Source of the DNA: a virus
IMG/VR virus record: IMGVR_UViG_3300005265_000001
Location: 1-64,000 of that record
Strand: one strand, 5' to 3'
DNA length: 64,000 nt
This document shows positions 45,283-54,896 of this stretch, in pieces. The position numbers were made by a program, and so were the translations under genes. Below the pieces are notes generated by a model that searched no databases, was not told where the DNA came from, and worked only from the letters and a program-made list of their open reading frames with translations. Numbering within the stretch: the first letter of the stretch is position 1; every line of letters begins with the position of its first letter.

Positions 45283-47658
45283 ATGGGTAGTTATGTATCA
45301 CCGGGTGGTTACGTTAGAGAAATAGATTGGAGTCTATATGCACGGTCTTTATCTTCAACTTCGGTTGGATTTATTGGTGCATTTGATAAGGGGCCAATAA
45401 ATGAGGCAACTTTAATTACTAATGTGGATGAATTAGTAAATGTTTTTGGCACACCAAATTTAAATACTTATGCGTGGGATGCCATAAAGCAATATTTAAG
45501 AAGTGGTAGAAGGGCTTGGGTTGTAAGAGTAGCGGATGATGATGCGGCAAAAGCAAAAATTGATGTAAATTCTGAAAATCAATATGGATTTATTTTGTCG
45601 TCAAATAAAAATTTGTTTACTTTTGATCCACCTTATGCTGGAACACTAAAAGGAAGTGAGGTTGAAACATATATTATAAATTCTTATGATGCCTTAAAAT
45701 TTAAGGTTGATGGGAGTGATATAGTTGCTGTTAATTTAACTTCTGGAATTAAAAGCGCACAAGCAATTGTAAATGAAATCAATTCACAAACAACTGGAAT
45801 TACGGCGGTTTATAATAATGGGTATGTTTGGGTTAAATCAAACACAATTGGAAGTTCATCTTCAATTGAGGCAATGGCGGTTGATTGTGTGAGACTTGAT
45901 GTTGAAAGTGTTTCAGGGGATTTTACAATTGGAGAAACAATTACAGGCGGAACGTCTGGGGCAACAGGGGTTTTATATGCCACAGATAATTCAACTTATA
46001 TGGATTTACATAGTGTAACAGGAACATTTTCGCCTTCCGAAACGGTTACAGGTGGAACATCTTCTGAAACGGCTGATATTACGGCGGCGGGTGTTCATGA
46101 AAGAACAGATGCAAATTCAACATTGGGATTTACAACAGGAACAGTTTACACTGGAAGTGACGGAAATAATACATTAAATGTTTCAATTGATGGCGGTGGG
46201 ACACAAACATTTAAAATGATTCCCGATACGGCAAATGAAACAATTTCCAAAACGGCACAACAAGTTGTAAATACTATCAATGCGTCAATTTCAGGCGGAA
46301 AGGCATATAAAACTTATGATGGAAGTGTCAAAATAGTCACAGATACGATTGGAAGTTCAGGTTCGGTTCAAGTTTTGTCTTCTTCAACGGCTGATACTGT
46401 TTTGGGATTTGATAATAATGTTCATTCTGGAAACGATTCAGCGGCTAAATGCTTTTCAGTGGAAGCTATTAATGAAGGTGTTTGGGGGAACAAAATATCT
46501 TTAATGATATCAACTGGAACAAGAACAAATACTTTTAGATTGGCCGTGATTTATGATTCAAAAACAGTTGAAGTTTTTAATAATCTTTCAAAGGTTCAAA
46601 CTTCAAGTGACTATTTTGTTAATAAAATCAATGGAGTATCAAGATATATTACAGTCACAGATAATACAGTTGAAACAAATATGCCGGCATTTGATACTTA
46701 TACTTTGGTTGGTGGAAATTCAGGAATTTCTTCTTTGAATGATGCTGATTATATAGGTATTAATACAGGGTCCACAAAAACAGGATTACAAATTTTTAGA
46801 AATGCGGAAAAATTGCAAATTAATTTACTTGCAATTCCTGGTATTTCAAGTGCGGCTGTAATTTCTGAAATGTTATCTTTGTGTGAGGATAGAGCCGATT
46901 GTATGGCAGTGGTTGATCCACCAAGGGGCTTGACACCACAAACAGTAGTTGATTGGCATAATGGAGAAGGAATTTGGTCTGGAAGTCATACGGCTTTTAA
47001 TTCAAGTTATGGGGCTTTATATTGGCCTTGGGTTAAAGTTTATGACAGTTATAATGAAATTGAAAAATGGGTTCCACCTTCAGGGTTTGCCTTGGATAGA
47101 ATGGCATATACTGATAAAATTGCGGAAGAGTGGTATGCACCTGCTGGATTTACACGTGGACGTTTAACAAATGTTCTTGGATTGGAATATGATACGTCAC
47201 AAGGTGACAGGGATTATATGTATTCCGATGGAAATGCTGTCAATCCAATTGTTGACTTTACACAAGAAGGTGTTGTAATTTGGGGTCAAAGAACACTTCA
47301 AAGAAAACCAACGGCACTTGATAGAGTTAATGTTAGACGGTTGTTACTTTATATTAGAAAAGTTGTAGCAACTACTACAAAATATTTCGTCTTTGAACCT
47401 AATGATAAATTATCATGGGCAAGATTACGAAATGCCCTTATTCCATATTTTGATTGGTTGTATGATCCTGAAACTGGTAGAGCATTGTATTATTACAAAA
47501 TTCAATGCGATAAAACAACCAACACAGATTTGGATATTAACAATGGAGTAATGAGGGTTAAAATCTTCTTACAACCGGTCAAAGCGGCTGAAATTATTGT
47601 ATCAGATTTGATTCTGTTACCAACAGGCGTGACTGCGGAAGATTATGTTATTTCATAA
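45283..47658 (+). CDS. contractile tail sheath protein
   Basis: YVSPGGYVREID, GAFDKGP, ALYWPWV, VPPSG, WYAPAGFTRG, IWGQRTL, RVNVRRLL, FEPND. Confidence 0.97.
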   Translation: MGSYVSPGGYVREIDWSLYARSLSSTSVGFIGAFDKGPINEATLITNVDELVNVFGTPNLNTYAWDAIKQYLRSGRRAWVVRVADDDAAKAKIDVNSENQYGFILSSNKNLFTFDPPYAGTLKGSEVETYIINSYDALKFKVDGSDIVAVNLTSGIKSAQAIVNEINSQTTGITAVYNNGYVWVKSNTIGSSSSIEAMAVDCVRLDVESVSGDFTIGETITGGTSGATGVLYATDNSTYMDLHSVTGTFSPSETVTGGTSSETADITAAGVHERTDANSTLGFTTGTVYTGSDGNNTLNVSIDGGGTQTFKMIPDTANETISKTAQQVVNTINASISGGKAYKTYDGSVKIVTDTIGSSGSVQVLSSSTADTVLGFDNNVHSGNDSAAKCFSVEAINEGVWGNKISLMISTGTRTNTFRLAVIYDSKTVEVFNNLSKVQTSSDYFVNKINGVSRYITVTDNTVETNMPAFDTYTLVGGNSGISSLNDADYIGINTGSTKTGLQIFRNAEKLQINLLAIPGISSAAVISEMLSLCEDRADCMAVVDPPRGLTPQTVVDWHNGEGIWSGSHTAFNSSYGALYWPWVKVYDSYNEIEKWVPPSGFALDRMAYTDKIAEEWYAPAGFTRGRLTNVLGLEYDTSQGDRDYMYSDGNAVNPIVDFTQEGVVIWGQRTLQRKPTALDRVNVRRLLLYIRKVVATTTKYFVFEPNDKLSWARLRNALIPYFDWLYDPETGRALYYYKIQCDKTTNTDLDINNGVMRVKIFLQPVKAAEIIVSDLILLPTGVTAEDYVIS

Positions 47659-47681
47659 ATGGATGAATTAAATCCATTTTT
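47657..47681 (+). terminator. weak hairpin between sheath and tube genes
   Basis: AAATGGAT-GAATTAA-ATCCATTT followed by further T. Confidence 0.4.
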
Positions 47682-47712
47682 CTCTTAAAAAACAAAATGG
47701 AGGATATATTAA

Positions 47713-48192
47713 ATGTTAAGAGCAACACATTTAACTACTAATTTTGAACCTCAAAGGAAATTTGATTTTGAGATAGATTTTGGGGATGATATTTTGAGAC
47801 TATCCGTTTCAAAGGCGTCTCTACCTTCGGGTTCAAATGAAGAAATTGAGTTAAAATATGGAAATGAAAGGGTATGGATTGCGGGTCAAGCTAATTGGGA
47901 AGCCTCTACGCTTGAAATTCGTGATACTCTTGATGCTGGAACGGCGGAAATTTTGTGGAATTGGCGTCGGCAAGTATATGATGAAGAAACGGGGGCAATT
48001 GGACGGGCGGCAACTTATAAAAGAGTTGGGTCTTTGTTTTTACTTGCACCCGATGGGTCTGATTATAGAGAATGGCAGTTAATTGGATGTTGGCCTCAAT
48101 CACTTAAAATGGGTGATTTGGATATGAGCGACAATAATATTGTTTTAATTGAGGCAACTATTCGATATGATAGGGCTGTCTTTTTGGGATAA
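47713..48192 (+). CDS. tail tube protein (T4 gp19-like)
   Basis: FEPQRKFDF, W.L.GCWP...GDLD, IRYD; follows the sheath gene. Confidence 0.92.
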   Translation: MLRATHLTTNFEPQRKFDFEIDFGDDILRLSVSKASLPSGSNEEIELKYGNERVWIAGQANWEASTLEIRDTLDAGTAEILWNWRRQVYDEETGAIGRAATYKRVGSLFLLAPDGSDYREWQLIGCWPQSLKMGDLDMSDNNIVLIEATIRYDRAVFLG

Positions 48193-48232
48193 TCAAAAAA
48201 TATATTTTAAATCTTTAAAAGGAGATAAATAA

Positions 48233-48967
48233 ATGAGTGAAGTTATTAATCTGCCTTCAAATGGATGTTTTGGTTACGATAGTGAAATTTCAATTAAAGA
48301 AATGAGGGTTGGGGAAGAAAAATTACTTTCTAAAATTAACAAAGTCAATTTTACAAGAACAATGATGGACATTTTTGCACGGTTAATAGATGGAAAAGAC
48401 ATTGATTTTGTGAAAAATATGTTAATTTCAGATGGAAATTATTTGTATATGAAAATACGGGAATATACATACACCCCAAAATATGAATTTTCTGTAAAAT
48501 GTTCAAATTGTGGTGAAATTATCAAAAATGAAATTGATATTCCCGATGATTTAAACATTACAGTTGCAGAATGTGATAAAATAGAAGGTGATGGAGAAAT
48601 TACATTTACACTACCCAAATCTTCCGATGAAATTACATATCGGTTTATAAGATATGCAGATCAAATTAAAATTGAAAACAATATTAGACGATTAAAATCA
48701 AGTGACAGTGCTATTGATTATATTTTTTCAATAGCATACGCAATTAAAACAGTGAATGGCAATGAAATGAAAATTACTGAAAAACTGAAATATGTTGAAA
48801 ATCTATCAAGTTATGATTACTCATATTTACAAGAATATGTCAATTCCTTAACACCCGGTGTTGACCCATTTATAAATGTAGAATGTGGTGAATGTGGCTA
48901 TGAAGATAGATATTTGATGCCATTCAATGAACACTTTTTTCGTCCAAGAGTTATTCGGAAATCCTAA
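48233..48967 (+). CDS. baseplate hub / tail assembly chaperone (T4 gp26-like)
   Basis: LPSNG, two CxxC motifs, TLPKS, terminal FFRP; lies between tube and tape measure. Confidence 0.8.
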   Translation: MSEVINLPSNGCFGYDSEISIKEMRVGEEKLLSKINKVNFTRTMMDIFARLIDGKDIDFVKNMLISDGNYLYMKIREYTYTPKYEFSVKCSNCGEIIKNEIDIPDDLNITVAECDKIEGDGEITFTLPKSSDEITYRFIRYADQIKIENNIRRLKSSDSAIDYIFSIAYAIKTVNGNEMKITEKLKYVENLSSYDYSYLQEYVNSLTPGVDPFINVECGECGYEDRYLMPFNEHFFRPRVIRKS

Positions 48968-49124
48968 TTTAGCCGAAATACTTTCAATTCAATATTATTT
49001 ATCAAAATTCCTTCACCTTTCTATTAGTGAACAGGATATTTTAAATGTTTCAGAATTTCAATTCTTTTGGGAAAAGTTGAAAGAAGAAAATGAACAACAG
49101 GAATATGTAGAAGATGGCTACTAA
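48927..49124 (+). CDS. small tail/baseplate assembly protein
   Basis: QYYLSKFLHLSISE...SEFQFFWEKL; overlaps both neighbours. Confidence 0.6.
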   Translation: MNTFFVQELFGNPNLAEILSIQYYLSKFLHLSISEQDILNVSEFQFFWEKLKEENEQQEYVEDGY

Positions 49125-51642
49125 AGACACAGAAAAAACAGAAGCATTAACCGGGGATTTTGAGCAAGATATTAAACGGCCAAAGGCTGTAATAAAAGAC
49201 ATTCTTTCAATGCTTGAATTACTTTCCCAACGGGGGGGTAAAACAGGCAAATCTTTTGAGGGAATGTATAATATTATAAAGGACGTTTCATCATTAAAAT
49301 TAAGTAAAGAACAAATTGAAAAGTTGACAGGTGTTTTATATGGATATGGTCAGACAATGGCTGACATATCTAATAAAGGTGAAACGTGGAACACTATTAA
49401 TAATGCTTTGGCATATACAATGAACATGCGGTTACGTGGTGTTCTTGAAAATTTGATGAGGGATTTTACGGAAGTTAGAAAAGAAGGTTCCAAAACAAAT
49501 GCTGTAATTAAGGCCATTATTGGAAACATTGTAAAATATGGTAGAATGTATTTAGGTATTCATACATTCAGAAAGTCTTTTTTAATGACGGCACATTTAC
49601 AAGATGAGGCAGTTGAACTTACTGAATTAACTGATAAATACAAAAATGTATTTGAAGCACGTCGGGCACTTATCAAATTTTTTAATCAAATTCCTATTTA
49701 TGCCGAAAATGCTGTGAAGGTTTTGGGGGAATTGTGGAAAAGTGGGTTTACAGGTGGAAAAGAGAAGGCGGAAGAATTTGCAATGGGAATTGCCAAAATA
49801 TTTCAAGCGGTCAAGTATTTAAATAATGAAGTTTTGGTTAAAGGTGCCGTTGGGTTTGAAAAAGTGGGCCTTTCAATCCATGCTTATCAAACCATAGTGG
49901 GAAACTTAATTCAATTAAAACGCCATGCACAAGCCACAACTGAACAAATCAATAGAGCTTTACAGGATGCAGTGGAAAATCATGCAACTTTAGCGTCAAT
50001 AGCAAAAGAACAACATAAAAATTTAGTAGAAGTTGTAAGTGATTATAATAGAGCGTCAATTGCGGCCAATAAACTTGGAAAGGGTGGTAATGAATTATTT
50101 CAACAAATGTTCAAAGCATATAGAACTAAAGATTATGCTGTTTTAATGGATTTATTTGGGCCAAAATTGGGAAAAATGGTCACTGTTACAATAGATCAAA
50201 TGAGAAAAGGTGGAAAAGGATTTACTGAAACTTTTGATGCAATGTTAAAAACAATAATGAGAAGTGGAAATTTTAATGAGGCACTTCTTAAACACTTAGG
50301 TTTTGATGTTTCAACGGAACAAATTAAAAGATTTAGATTGCAATATGATAGATTTATGAAATCCGCAAAACATATTGATTTTGAGGCGGGAGCTGAGCAT
50401 TTTGAAGAAGCTGTTCATAAATATGAAAAAACATGGGAAGCATTTAATAAAAATTTTGTAAATCAATTTAAAGGTGCATTTTTAACAGTTGGAACATATT
50501 TACTTGATTTTTTTAACAAACATAAAGAAACTATTAATAAATTTTTACATACAATTTCCGGGTTTATCAAAAATCACCCCATTGTTACAATGTTAGCGGG
50601 TGGGGCTTTAACATTTGGGTCCGGAAGTTTGATTAAAACATTATTTAGTAAGATTTTTGGGGGATTTTTTGGAAAAGGTGTGTCTGATAATACCAAAAAA
50701 ACCGCCACAAACACAGGTCGTATTTATAGACTTTTATTAAGAGGTGGTATGTTTGAAGGCGGGGCAATTACAAAATTAAGAGGGGCAATTTTATCAAGAT
50801 TGGGAATTGATAGTTTCAAATCAATGTTTACGGCAAGTTTGCCCGCTATGTTTTCAAATTTATTTGGTGGTGGAATGATAGGAAGTATTGCTGGAATAGT
50901 TGGTCCTATTGTAATGGTTATATTGGGATCAATTGCAGTTTATACAATTGTTTCCAAAATTTTCAAATTTTTTGGATGGGATAAAAAAATAGAAGAGGCA
51001 AGTGCAAAATTTTTCAATGATGTTGAAAGGGAACGTAAAAAAATTACAGGATTTTATGAAAAAGAAAGAGTGGCAAAACAAGAAAAAGTTTATCTTGATG
51101 TTCATAAAGGGGATATAATCAAGTGGAAAAATGAATTAGTAAAGGCCGGATTGATATCAAGTGGCGAAAAATATGGGCTTGGAGAAAGTTTATCAAAAAT
51201 TTGGCAAGCAAAACAAATGGGATTAAATGGAACAGAAAATTTAACAAATAAAGAAATGGTTATAATTGCACGCAAAATGGAAAATGAAAGATGGGGCGGA
51301 AAAACATATTCGGCTTGGGATAGGGGTATATTAACACTTTATCAACTTGAATCATATTTACCATTTTTGAAAAAATATAGTCAAAAACGGGCCGCTGAAT
51401 ATATAGAAAGAGAAAAACTTGTCACAACAGAAGGACGTGGACCTGTAACTTTAAATGATGTTAGACAAGTAATTGAAATCCCAGAAGCCAAAGAATTATC
51501 AAGTTCCGCACAAAATTTACAAATATCTTCTGATAATTTGAATAAAGCAACAGATAAATTATTAGCATTGGTAAATGGTATTCCAACATTAAACCATTCA
51601 ACTCAAAACCAAAGTCTTGCGAGATCATGGGGGGTTCCTTAA
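49114..51642 (+). CDS. tape measure protein
   Basis: 842 aa, helical, Gly-rich hydrophobic segments, canonical position. Confidence 0.8.
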   Translation: MATKDTEKTEALTGDFEQDIKRPKAVIKDILSMLELLSQRGGKTGKSFEGMYNIIKDVSSLKLSKEQIEKLTGVLYGYGQTMADISNKGETWNTINNALAYTMNMRLRGVLENLMRDFTEVRKEGSKTNAVIKAIIGNIVKYGRMYLGIHTFRKSFLMTAHLQDEAVELTELTDKYKNVFEARRALIKFFNQIPIYAENAVKVLGELWKSGFTGGKEKAEEFAMGIAKIFQAVKYLNNEVLVKGAVGFEKVGLSIHAYQTIVGNLIQLKRHAQATTEQINRALQDAVENHATLASIAKEQHKNLVEVVSDYNRASIAANKLGKGGNELFQQMFKAYRTKDYAVLMDLFGPKLGKMVTVTIDQMRKGGKGFTETFDAMLKTIMRSGNFNEALLKHLGFDVSTEQIKRFRLQYDRFMKSAKHIDFEAGAEHFEEAVHKYEKTWEAFNKNFVNQFKGAFLTVGTYLLDFFNKHKETINKFLHTISGFIKNHPIVTMLAGGALTFGSGSLIKTLFSKIFGGFFGKGVSDNTKKTATNTGRIYRLLLRGGMFEGGAITKLRGAILSRLGIDSFKSMFTASLPAMFSNLFGGGMIGSIAGIVGPIVMVILGSIAVYTIVSKIFKFFGWDKKIEEASAKFFNDVERERKKITGFYEKERVAKQEKVYLDVHKGDIIKWKNELVKAGLISSGEKYGLGESLSKIWQAKQMGLNGTENLTNKEMVIIARKMENERWGGKTYSAWDRGILTLYQLESYLPFLKKYSQKRAAEYIEREKLVTTEGRGPVTLNDVRQVIEIPEAKELSSSAQNLQISSDNLNKATDKLLALVNGIPTLNHSTQNQSLARSWGVP

Positions 51643-51647
51643 AATAA

Positions 51648-52166
51648 ATGAATAGCACAGAATTTTTAAATCAATGTTACATAAAAGACCTGGTTGATGA
51701 ATGGATTTATAAATTTCAATTGATGCCAAATGAAATAACACTTGAAAAAGGAACTAATTGGGAAGATGTGGAAATTCCTGGGCGGTCTGTTCCACTAAAA
51801 TTTTATAGGTCGTCAAATTCTGAAAAATTATTATTAAATTTGCAATTAGTAACATCTATGTTTCAAGGGGATAATGCTGAGGCTATGGTTTATCAAGCTA
51901 TAAGAAATTTAAAATCAATGCCTTATCCTGATTATTCTGGAAGATATGTTAAACCACCGCATAAATATTTAATTGTGATTAGTAACACTTTTAATGACCC
52001 AACTTTTGATATGTATCAATATATTGCAGTTTGTCGAAATGTTAGAGTCACTTATAAATTACCTTATGATTTTACAAGCGGTCGATCAATGTATGTTGAA
52101 GTTCAAGCGGATTTTGAAGAGGTAAGAGATGAACCTTATGATTTGAATATAATTAGAGGTGTTTAA
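51648..52166 (+). CDS. tail tube initiator / baseplate protein
   Basis: FQLMPNEI...W.DVEIPGRS.P...YPDY...PP. Confidence 0.75.
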   Translation: MNSTEFLNQCYIKDLVDEWIYKFQLMPNEITLEKGTNWEDVEIPGRSVPLKFYRSSNSEKLLLNLQLVTSMFQGDNAEAMVYQAIRNLKSMPYPDYSGRYVKPPHKYLIVISNTFNDPTFDMYQYIAVCRNVRVTYKLPYDFTSGRSMYVEVQADFEEVRDEPYDLNIIRGV

Positions 52167-52168
52167 AA

Positions 52169-52528
52169 TTGTTAAATATCAGTAAAAAACAATCAAAACA
52201 TTTAAAATATGAGGTAAATACTGTTGATGATAAGTTACTTTCAGATGATAAATCAAGATATTATGGTTTGAAATTTTTAGAATCGGCGGTTGTTACGGAT
52301 TCCTTGTGGATTGAAAGTTTTGAAAGAAAAGAAATTCCTGAAAGTGATAATGATTTATACATAGAATTTCAAAAAGGTGACAGATTAGATTTATTATCAT
52401 TTCATTATTATGGAACTTCAAGGTTATGGTGGGCTATTGCAATAGCCAATAATATCCAAAACCCATTTAAAGAAATAAAACCGGGAACAATGATTCGGAT
52501 TCCCGATATAAATTTAATTAGAAGGTAG
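52169..52528 (+). CDS. LysM-like baseplate wedge protein (gp53/gpX-like)
   Basis: GDRLDLLSFHYYG...LWWAIAIANNI.NP...IRIP. Confidence 0.85.
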   Translation: MLNISKKQSKHLKYEVNTVDDKLLSDDKSRYYGLKFLESAVVTDSLWIESFERKEIPESDNDLYIEFQKGDRLDLLSFHYYGTSRLWWAIAIANNIQNPFKEIKPGTMIRIPDINLIRR

Positions 52529-52533
52529 GTTCC

Positions 52534-53928
52534 ATGTTCAATTATAATCAATACATACCCCAACCCGCTTTTGGGTTTGTTCATTTTGAATTGTTTAATA
52601 GAAATAAAAAAGTTGTATTGAAAACTCCAAGTATAAATGAAAAATTAAATTCAAGAATAATTGAAATGCAATACACACGGAACATGGCGAATAGAGCCAA
52701 TCAATTGACATTTAAATTGTTTGATGAAACATGGGGGGAACTTGAAGACGATATTATTGAAATTTATAGAGATGATGATTCAAGATTGTTGTTAAAATAT
52801 GGGTGGATAGGAAATGATGGCGAAATTTATGAATCTCAGTATTATTCTTTATCTTTGACACATATTCGACCTGAATTTAGAATTGATGGACTTATTTTAA
52901 CTTTTGATGCTATTTCAAATGTAGATGATTTTTTTCAAAACAAATTCAAATATAATACATTTGCTTTAAAGGAATTTGCGTGTAGGCATTTACCATATTT
53001 GAATCAATATCTTAAAATGGATCATAAAACATCTAAAGTAAATGCTGATTTAATAGAAAGGTCTCCCGTTTCCCCTTCGGATGTAGTAAAAGCCTTTGCA
53101 ATATTTAAAAAATTTGATTATGATATTGATGAAACTCATATTGTTTTGCACCATTGGTCCCATACAAAAACGATTAGACAACCTTGGGTTCCACCAATGA
53201 ATGATGTTACAATTGGGAGCTATATAAAAGATGAAATTCTACCAATTTCATGTGGTAGAAACAATAAACCTGGATATTATTTTTGGGTTGAAGACGGGGA
53301 AGAAAGGCCAAAAATAATTTTTAAACAAATGAAAGAAAGTGATGATGTTTTGAAATATATATATTTAAGAGAAGAAAATAGTGAAGTGATAAGTTTTAGT
53401 CCCGTTTTATTAGGAAAATTTGCAAGTTTAAAAACACCTTCTGAATCAATGCAATATGTAGATTTGCAAACAGGGCACAAAAAAATCATACTGAAACATG
53501 CGGAGAGGGTTAATTGTGGTGGAAATAATCATTTGCCAATTGATAAAATAGGCGGGAATTATGTTACTTTGAAAAAAAGAGATAATGACACAATACCAGA
53601 AAAAGAAAAAATTGCGAAAAACACACATAATATTAAAGATCAACATCACACCCTTGAAATGAGTGAAATTAAAACGGCGCATAGTATGATTTATGATATG
53701 AATACAACTTTTGAGGCGGAATTGCGTATAATTTGCAACCCTAAATTAAATCCATACGCAACAATTTATGTAGAAGTTCCAAAACCAAACGGGGAACTTC
53801 ATTATGCAAGTGGGCAATATAGAATAACCGAAATCACAGATAGATATGTTAATGGTGTTTTGGAATCAACTATAAAATTGATAAGAAATTCACTTTTAAC
53901 ACAATCACAACAAGTGGTGAAAGACTAA
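52534..53928 (+). CDS. baseplate hub protein (gp27/gpD-like)
   Basis: LKYGW, SGQYRITEITD; position before the spike gene. Confidence 0.7.
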   Translation: MFNYNQYIPQPAFGFVHFELFNRNKKVVLKTPSINEKLNSRIIEMQYTRNMANRANQLTFKLFDETWGELEDDIIEIYRDDDSRLLLKYGWIGNDGEIYESQYYSLSLTHIRPEFRIDGLILTFDAISNVDDFFQNKFKYNTFALKEFACRHLPYLNQYLKMDHKTSKVNADLIERSPVSPSDVVKAFAIFKKFDYDIDETHIVLHHWSHTKTIRQPWVPPMNDVTIGSYIKDEILPISCGRNNKPGYYFWVEDGEERPKIIFKQMKESDDVLKYIYLREENSEVISFSPVLLGKFASLKTPSESMQYVDLQTGHKKIILKHAERVNCGGNNHLPIDKIGGNYVTLKKRDNDTIPEKEKIAKNTHNIKDQHHTLEMSEIKTAHSMIYDMNTTFEAELRIICNPKLNPYATIYVEVPKPNGELHYASGQYRITEITDRYVNGVLESTIKLIRNSLLTQSQQVVKD

Positions 53929-54896
53929 TGATAACAGGAATTTTTTTAGCAACAGTTGAATATAATCTTGACCCATTACAAAGGGGGAGAATAAAGGTAA
54001 GAGTCAATGGAATTGATGATATGGATAAACCAGTTGATGATTTGAATTGGGCGGAAATTATTAATATTGGGGGGGCTGGAAATGATTTTGGAAATATAAA
54101 TATCCCTGAAGTGGGTTCAACTGTTTACGTTTCTTTTTTAAATGGTGATCCTAATAAACCTTTGGTTTTGGGGGGATATTATCAACATTCGGCAAATGAT
54201 AAAAATTATGTTTTTAATGAGGAAAGTGAAAAATTAAGAGAAAATATTTATGAAGATGTTGGAGAAATGTGGGCTGTTACTACAACTCCAATTATACCAA
54301 CACCGCATAATATTAATGAATATCCAATAGAAAGTCAAACATTATTGAATAATCAACCAACAAAAAGATTATCAAAAACTTTAAAAGGGCACACAATTTT
54401 AATTGATGATATGGATGGAGAAGAGTCTTTTGAAATTATAGACAGGGCGGGGCAACTTTTAAAATTCAGGGCGAATGTTATAAAGAATCACAATGCACTT
54501 AACAAAAACAGACGTGGTATAAAAAGAGCGGATGCAAAAAACACCTTTTCAAATGATATTTTTGAAGATAGTGGAACCGAAATTGATTTACTTGACATAA
54601 AAGGGCAAGGACTTAAAATCAAATCCAAAAAACACTTGGAAGAAATAAACATAAAATCTATTTCAAAAGATAGCACACAGGAAATTCAATTAAATTCAGG
54701 AAAAGATGATTTTAACATAACAATAAAAAACAAAAATTCTCAATCAACTATTAGAATAAATAATGGAGAAGTTTCTATATTTTCAAATGGCAACATAAAT
54801 ATCATATCGGACAAAAACATTGTAATGAGTGGCAAACAAATAATAACAAATGAAACAAATGAAATTGATGATGAATTTTTTACGGGAAAAGACTAA
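53928..54896 (+). CDS. baseplate central spike, gp5/VgrG OB-fold
   Basis: DPLQRGRIKVRV, IPEVGSTVYVSFLNGDPNKPLVLG, GHTILIDD. Confidence 0.9.
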   Translation: MITGIFLATVEYNLDPLQRGRIKVRVNGIDDMDKPVDDLNWAEIINIGGAGNDFGNINIPEVGSTVYVSFLNGDPNKPLVLGGYYQHSANDKNYVFNEESEKLRENIYEDVGEMWAVTTTPIIPTPHNINEYPIESQTLLNNQPTKRLSKTLKGHTILIDDMDGEESFEIIDRAGQLLKFRANVIKNHNALNKNRRGIKRADAKNTFSNDIFEDSGTEIDLLDIKGQGLKIKSKKHLEEINIKSISKDSTQEIQLNSGKDDFNITIKNKNSQSTIRINNGEVSIFSNGNINIISDKNIVMSGKQIITNETNEIDDEFFTGKD

